Shown: positions 56,368-64,000 of the stretch, piece by piece
Numbering within the stretch: the first letter of the stretch is position 1
Layout of the letters: each line of letters opens with the position of its first letter
DNA from: Camelus dromedarius
Taxonomy: Eukaryota
DNA: 64,000 nucleotides
Direction of reading: 5' to 3'
NCBI RefSeq assembly: GCF_036321535.1
Contig: NC_087437.1
Location: 2,232,001 to 2,296,000, forward strand
The notes under the pieces: generated by a model
Told to the model about the DNA's origin: nothing
The model's input: the letters and a program-made list of their open reading frames with translations, nothing else
The model's database searches: none
Position numbers and translations under genes: made by a program

Positions 56368-59300
56368 GAGGCGGGGTGCCGTCTGGCTACGTGGTTCGGC
56401 GGCGGGGCCCGGGGAAGAGGGTGCCCCTGGTGAACCAGAGGATTTTCTCCCATGTCCCTAGCTGCCTTGCCTCTGGGCGGCCTCCGCTAACCCAAGTTCG
56501 CCGGACGCAAGCCTTTGAAGTCAGCCTGCTCCTGGGAGCCGGCGAGGTAAGGACAGGGGAAGTGGTCAGCGGCAGACACGGAGGCGGCCCAGAACTCAAG
56601 AGGGATGCCTCGGCGAGTCGGTCATTTTCCTACCATCCCCCCTCTCCTGGCCTCGGGGCGGCCTCTGCTAACGCAGGTGTGCGGCAATTAATTCTCCTTG
56701 TCAGCCAGGTCCTGGGCGTCTGTCCAGGTGAGCCCAAGGGACACGGACGTCGCGGGGAGCGGACTGCCTCGGGTTAGCCGATCAGTTTGCTCCCATCCCC
56801 ACAAGCGCCTGGCCTGGGGGCGGCCTGTCCTGCGCCAGGTTCAGAGTATGCACGTTTCCAGCTCAGCCAGCCCACCCGAGGCCGGCGCGCTGTGATCAGG
56901 GTCTGCAATGAGAAGTCGGGGCTGACTCACCGAGCCCGTGTATTTGTTCAGATCTCCCTCTTGGCTGGTCCTGGGCTAGGCCTCTACTACCCTAGGTCCA
57001 CGAGGTGCTCATCTCTGTGTTTTTCAGCTCAGGGGAAGCGAGTGCGGGGTGGTCAGGGGGCGGGGAGGGGGCAGGGCGGGGGCGGGGCGGGGGCAGCTAC
57101 AGAGAGGGCTGAAGCGGGATGCACGGGCTGCCCAGGCAAGCCTGCGGATTTCCATCCAGTGTCCCCCTCGGCCTGCAATGCGGGCGCCCTCTGCTGCTTC
57201 AGGGTGGCAATTGGCATCCCTCCAGGTGGGTCGAGTACTGGGAGGCTTCCTCCTTTAGACAGACAGAGAGACAAATAAAGAGACAGACAGACACACTAGC
57301 CTCTTCATCCATTGAGAAACAGCCGTATATCCTAACCTCCTCCTCCTCATTCATTATATAGGTAGGCAGATACATATATAGACAGACACACACACACACA
57401 TACACACACTAGCCTCTTCCTACTCCTCAATTAAGTAGGTAGAGAGACACACTAATCTCCTCCTCCATTAGATAATACATAGACAAACTTCATACATTTT
57501 TCTCCTCCTCAATTAGATAGATGGAAAGTGAGATTGACCGATACACCCAGTAGCCGCTACCTTCTCCTGTTAGAGATATCGAGAGATAGCCAGACACATG
57601 GGATTATTTCTTCTTCTCCATTTGATATAGATAGAGACACACTCACAGACACACAGACAGACAGACACACTACAATTCTGCTCTGACAGACAGAGAGATA
57701 GACACTCTAGCCTCCTCCTTCTTCTCGAATACATACAGCTGCATAGATTGATATCTCATATATAGACAGACAGACTTACTAGCTTACTCCTCGTCCATTC
57801 GATGCACACATAGACTGTTAGACAGACACAGTAGCCTCTTCCCCTTTTTGTTACACATACTTTGATAAAGAGACCCGCACGCACACACACACACACATAC
57901 ACACAGGCTAGCATCCTCCTCTTCCTCAAGTAGGTAGATAGGGAGATAGAAACACTAAATTCCTCCTCCAACAGACACACAAATAAAAAGACACACTTGC
58001 CTACTGCTGTGCCTGAACTACATAGGTCGATTTATACACAGATTGATAGATACACAGATAGATAGAGAGATAGATAGTTCGAGAGGCAGGCAAATGGAGA
58101 GACATAATTTTCGCCTCCTCCTCCAGAAGCTATATAGACAGACACACACATAGTCTAGCCTCTCGCATCTTCCAATAGATAGACAATCAGCCAGGCAGTC
58201 AGACAGACTGACACACGTGAGGCGCTGTGCAGTTTGGGGTTGGGCTTCAGCGGCGTCCACCGGGGACAGTTGTGCCCCTGGCGAGTCACAGGATTTTATC
58301 CCATGTCCCTAGCTGCCTTGCCTGCGGGCGGCCCCCGCTCCCCCAGATTCGACGGACTGAAGCTTTCAAGTTAGCCTGCTCGTGGCAGCAGGCGTTGTAA
58401 GGAAAGTGGAAGAGGTGAGCGGCAGCTCCGGAAGCGGCAGAGCATCTAAGGGGGATGTCTTGGCGAATCGGTCATTTTCCTCCCATTTCCACCTCTCCTG
58501 GCCTCGGGGCAGCCTCTGCTACCCCAGGAGTGCGGGATTTCGTTGTCCTTGTCAGCCAGGTCCTAGGAAGCTGTCGAGGTGTGCTCAGGGGACAGGGATT
58601 TTACTTCTAGAGGACTGCCTCGGGTGAGCCGATCAGTTTGCTCCCATCTCCACAAGCGCCTGGCCTGGGGGCGGCCTCTCCTTCCCCAGGTTCGCAGTAT
58701 GCATGTTTCCAGCTCAGCCTGTGCCCTTAGGCAGGCGCGGTGTTCTTAGGGGCTGCATTGAGGAGGCGGGGCTGCTCCACGGAGCCTGTGTATTTGCACA
58801 GATCTCCCCGTTGACCGGTCCTAGGGTTGGTCTCTGCTACCCTAGGTACACGATGTACACATCTCGGTGTTTTCCGGCTCCCGGGAGGCAAGTTCGGGGT
58901 AGTCAGGGGGCGGGGTGGGGGGTTGGAGTGGCGGTGGCGCCTACACAGATTGAAGAAGAGGGATGCACGGGCAGTCCAGGGAAGCCTGTGGATTTCCATC
59001 CAGTGTCCCCCACGGCGTGCAATAAGGGCGCCCTCTGCTGCTTCAGGGTGGGATTTGGCATCCCTCCAGCTGGGCCTAATACAGGGAGGCTTCCTCCATT
59101 AGAGAGAGAGACAAAAAATAGACAGACAGACACACTAGCCTCTTCCTCCTTTTAGAAACACCCATATGTCTTAACCTTCTCCTCCTAATCCATTATATAG
59201 GTAGACAGATATATACATAGACAGACAGACAGACAGACACACACACACACACAAACCCAAACCCACACACAACCTTCCCTCCTACCAGTCCTCAATTAAG

Positions 59301-61497
59301 TAGGTAGAGAGACACACTAATCGCCTTCTCCATTAGATAATAAACAGACAAACGGTATAGACTATTTCTACTCCTCATTTAGATAGATGGAATGTGAGAC
59401 TGACGCTTTCACACACTAGCATCTACCTTCTCCTGTTAGAGAGAGAGACAGATAGCCAGACACATGAAATCCTCCATCTTCTCCATTAGATATACATAGA
59501 GAAATCTCTAAGATGCACAGAGAGACAAACACTAGTCTTCTCCTCCTCTGACAGGCCGAGGGATAGATAATCAAGCCTCCTCATTCTTTTCTATTAGGTA
59601 TAGTTTCATACATACATATCTGATAACAGACAGCCAGACAGACATACTAGCCTACTCTTCCTCCATCAGATACATACATAGACTGATAGACAGATACAGT
59701 AGGCTCCTCCCCCTTTAGATACAGATACATAGATAGACATCCCCACGAGCACACGCGCGCGCACACACACACACACAAGCCTTCTCCTCTTCCTCAAAGA
59801 GCTAGATAGTTATATAGACACACTAAAATTCTACTCCAACAGACATAATTATAAATGACACACTATCTTACTGCTATGCCTCCCCACATAGATAGATAGC
59901 TAGCCAGATCGATAGAGAGGCAGGCAAATAGAGAGTCATACTAGTCGCCTCCTCCTCCGTTGGAGAGACAGACAGACACACACATAGTCTAGCTTCAACC
60001 ATCCTCCAATAGATAGTCATTCAGGCAAGCAGTCAAACAGACAGACACACTAGAGGCGGGGTGCCGTCTGGCTACGTGGTTCGGCGGCGGGGCCCGGGGA
60101 AGAGGGTGCCCCTGGTGAACCAGAGGATTTTCTCCCATGTCCCTAGCTGCCTTGCCTCTGGGCGGCCTCCGCTAACCCAAGTTCGCCGGACGCAAGCCTT
60201 GGAAGTCAGCCTGCTCCTGGGAGCCGGCGAGGTAAGGACAGGGGAAGTGGTCAGCGGCAGACACGGAGGCGGCCCAGAACGCAAGAGGGATGCCTCGGCG
60301 AGTCGGTCATTTTCCTACCATCCCCCCTCTCCTGGCCTCGGGGCGGCCTCTGCTACCGCAGGTGTGCGGCAATTAATTCTCCTTGTCAGCCAGGTCCTGG
60401 GAGTCTGTCCAGGTGAGCCCAAGGGACACGGACGTCGCGGGGAGCGGACTGCCTCGGGTTAGCCGATCAGTTTGCTCCCATCCCCACAAGCGCCTGGCCT
60501 GGGGGCGGCCTGTCCTGCGCCAGGTTCAGAGTATGCACGTTTCCAGCTCAGCCAGCCCACCCGAGGCCGGCGCGCTGTGATCAGGGTCTGCAATGAGAAG
60601 TCGGGGCTGACTCACCGAGCCCGTGTATTTGTTCAGATCTCCCTCTTGGCTGGTCCTGGGCTAGGCCTCTACTACCCTAGGTCCACGAGGTGCTCATCTC
60701 TGTGTTTTTCAGCTCCGGGGAAGCGAGTGCGGGGTGGTCAGGGGGCGGGGTGGGGGCAGCTACAGAGAGGGCTGAAGCGGGATGCACGGGCTGCCCAGGC
60801 AAGCCTGCGGATTTCCATCCAGTGTCCCCCTCGGCCTGCAATGCGGGCGCCCTCTGCTGCTTCAGGGTGGCAATTGGCATCCCTCCAGGTGGGTCGAGTA
60901 CTGGGAGGCTTCCTCCTTTAGACAGACAGAGAGACAAATAAAGAGACAGACAGACACACTAGCCTCTTCATCCATTGAGAAACAGCCGTATATCCTAACC
61001 TCCTCCTCCTCATTCATTATATAGGTAGACAGATACATATATAGACAGACACACACACACACATACACACACTAGCCTCTTCCTACTCCTCAATTAAGTA
61101 GGTAGAGAGACACACTAATCTCCTCCTCCATTAGATAGATGGAAAGTGAGATTGACCGATACACCCAGTAGCCGCTACCTTCTCCTGTTAGAGATACCGA
61201 GAGATAGCCAGACACATGGGATTATTTCTTCTTCTCCATTTGATATAGATAGAGACACACTCACAGACACACAGACAGACAGACACACTACTCTCCTGTC
61301 TGACAGACAGAGGGATAGACACTCTAGCCTCCTCCTTCTTCTCGAAAACATACAGCTGCAGACATAGATATCTCATATATAGACAGAGAGACTTACTAGC
61401 TTACTCCTTCTCCATTCGATGCACACATAGACTGTTAGACAGACACAGTAGCCTCTTCCCCTTTTTGTTACACATACTTTGATAAAGAGACCTGCAC

Positions 61498-61529
<32 letters not shown>

Positions 61530-62849
61530 GCACAGGCTAGCATCCTCCTCTTCCTCAAATAGGTAGATAGGGAGATAGAAACACTAAATTCCTCCTCCAA
61601 CAGACACACAAATAAAAAGAAACACTTGCCTACTGCTGTGCCTGCACTACATAGGTCGATTTGTACACAGATTGATAGATACGCAGATAGATAGAGAGAT
61701 AGATAGATAGAGAGGCAGGCAAATGGAGAGACATAATATTCGCCTCCTCCTCCAGTAGCTATATAGACAGACACACACATAGTCTAGCCTCTCGCATCCT
61801 CTAATAGATAGACAATCAGCCAGGCAGTCACACAGTCTGACACACGTGAGGCGGTGTGCAGTCTGGGATTGGGCTTCAGCGGTGGTGACCGGGGACAGGT
61901 GTGCCACTGGCGAGCCATAGGACTTTATCCCATGTCCCTAGCTGCCTTGCCTGTGGGCGGCCCCCGCTCCCCCAAATTCGACGGACTGAAGCTTTCAAGT
62001 TAGCCTGCTCGTTTCAGCAGGCGTTGTAAGGAAAGTGGAAGAGGTGAGAGGCAGCTCCGGAAGCGGCAGAGCATCTAAGGGGGATGCCTCGGCGAATCGG
62101 TCATTTTCCTCCCATTTCCCCCTCTCCTGGCCTCAGGGCAGCCTCTGCTACCCCAGGAGTGCGGGATTTCGTTGTCCTTCTCAGCCAGGTCCTAGGAAGC
62201 TGTCGAGGTGTGCTCAGGGGACAGGGATGTCGCTTCTAGAGGACTGCCTCGGGTGAGCCGATCAGTTTGCTCCCATCTCCACAAGCGCCTGGCCTGGGGG
62301 CGGCCTCTCCTTCCCCAGGTTTGCAGTATGCATGTTTCCAGCTCAGCCTGTGCCCTTAGGCAGGCGCGGTGTTCTTAGGGGCTGCATTGAGGAGGCGGGG
62401 CTGCTCCACCGAGCCCGTGTATTTGCACAGATCTCCCCGTTGACCGGTCCTAGGGTTGGTCTCTGCTACCCTAGGTACACGATGTACACATCTCGTTGTT
62501 TTCCGGCCCCCGGGAGGCAAGTGCGGGGTGGTCAGGGGGCGGGGGGGGGTGGCGTTGGCGCCTACACAGAGGGAGGAAGAGGGATGCACGGGCTGTCCAG
62601 GGAAGCCATTGGATTTCCATCCAGTGTCCCCCTAGGCGTGCAATGAGGGCACCCTCTGCTGCTTCAGGCTGGGAATTGGCATCCCTCCAGCTGGGCCTAA
62701 TAAAGGGAGGCTTCCTCCATTAGAGAGAGAGACAAAAAATAGACAGACAGACACACTAGCCTCTTCCTCCATTTAGAAACACCCATATGTCTTAACCTTC
62801 TCCTCCTAATCCATTATATAGGTAGACCGATACATACATAGACAGACAG

Positions 62850-62882
<33 letters not shown>

Positions 62883-63677
62883 AACCCAAACCCACACACA
62901 AACTTCCCTCCTACCAGTCCTCAATTAAGTAGTTAGAGAGACACACTAATCGCCTTCTCCATTAGATAATAAATAGACAAACGGTATAGACTATTTCTAC
63001 TCCTCCTTTAGATAGATGGAAAGTGAGACTGACGGATTCACACACTAGCCTATACCTTCTCCTGTTAGAGAGACAGACAGATAGCCAGACACATGAAATC
63101 CTCCATCTTCTCCATTAGATATACGTAGAGAAATCTCTAAGATACACAGAGAGACAAACACTAGTCTTCTCCTCCTCTGACAGAACGAGGGATAATCAAG
63201 CCTCCTCATTCTTTTCCATTAGGTATAGGTACATACATACATATCTGATAACAGACAGCCAGACAGACATACTAGCCTACACTTCCTCCATCAGATACAT
63301 ACATAGACTGATAGAGAGGTACAGAAGCCTCCTCCCACTTTAGATACAGATACATAGATAGACATCCCCACGAGCACACGCGCGCGCACACACACACACA
63401 CAAGCCTTCTCCTCTTCCTCAAAGAGCTAGATAGTTATATAGACACACTAAAATTCTACTCCAACAGACAGAATTATAAATGACACATTATCTTACTGCT
63501 ATGCCTCCCCACATAGATAGATAGCTAGCCAGATCGATAGAGAGGCAGGCAAATAGAGAGTCATACTAGTCGCCTCCTCCTCCGTTGGAGAGACAGACAG
63601 ACACACACATAGTCTAGCTTCAACCATCCTCCAATAGATAGTCAGTCAGGCAAGCAGTCAAACAGACAGACACACTA
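56368..63677. repeat. Two diverged dimers (3685, 3625 bp)
   Basis: B markers 56376, 60061, 63686, with one A module each, small deletions and the highest substitution density. Confidence 0.88.
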
Positions 63678-64000
63678 GAGGCGGGGTGCCGTCTGGCTAC
63701 GTGTTTCGGAGGCGGGGCCCGGGGAAGAGGGTGCCCCTGGTGAACCATAGGATTTTCTCCCATGTCCCTAGCTGCCTTGCCTCTGGGCGGCCTCCGATAA
63801 CCCAAGTTCGCCGGACGCAAGCCTTTGAATTCAGCCTGCTCCTGGGAGCCGGCGAGGTAAGGACAGGGGAAGTGGTCAGCGGCAGACACGGAGGCGGCCC
63901 AGAACGCAAGAGGGATGCCTCGGCGAGTCGGTCATTTTCCTACCATCCCCCCTCTCCTGGCCTCGGGGCGGCCTCTGCTACCGCAGGTGTGCGGCAATTA

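Larger units (their letters stand above)
1..64000. repeat. Macrosatellite / complex tandem satellite array, ~1.85-kb monomer, 35 GC modules (last one partial), head-to-tail, running off both window ends
   Basis: Near-identical blocks recur throughout (the line at 1 matches the line at 7381; marker ORFs at 4786/6627/8468 are spaced 1841 bp). I found no unique sequence or inversion anywhere. Confidence 0.98.

Noticed and set aside
15697..60052. Apparent 8-monomer (3,3,2) super-period of ~14.8 kb repeated three times
   Set aside because: Private variants do not recur at 14.8-kb offsets (they match at 20,336 and 5,535 bp) and the three dimers have different marker sets, so it is probably coincidental.

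Overview
The whole window is one uninterrupted head-to-tail tandem array, a macrosatellite or complex satellite of vertebrate (probably mammalian) character. It has about 34.6 monomers of ~1.85 kb, all in one orientation. I see no credible protein-coding gene, RNA gene, CRISPR array or recognisable transposon; the ORF track only repeats with the monomer. Each monomer has two halves. One is a ~970-bp degenerate minisatellite built from ACTAGCCTCCTCCTCCATTAG + (GATA/GACA/CA)n units. The other is a ~870-bp CpG-rich module made of five degenerate ~160-200-bp sub-repeats, carrying a G-tract and a CTCF-like motif. GC modules come in three types (A1, A2, B), arranged mainly as a ~5.54-kb trimer (B-A2-A1) with one tetramer and four dimers. 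The first ~31 kb is nearly homogeneous. Divergence, chimeric monomers and indels increase toward the right end. I cannot assign the family or species from sequence alone.
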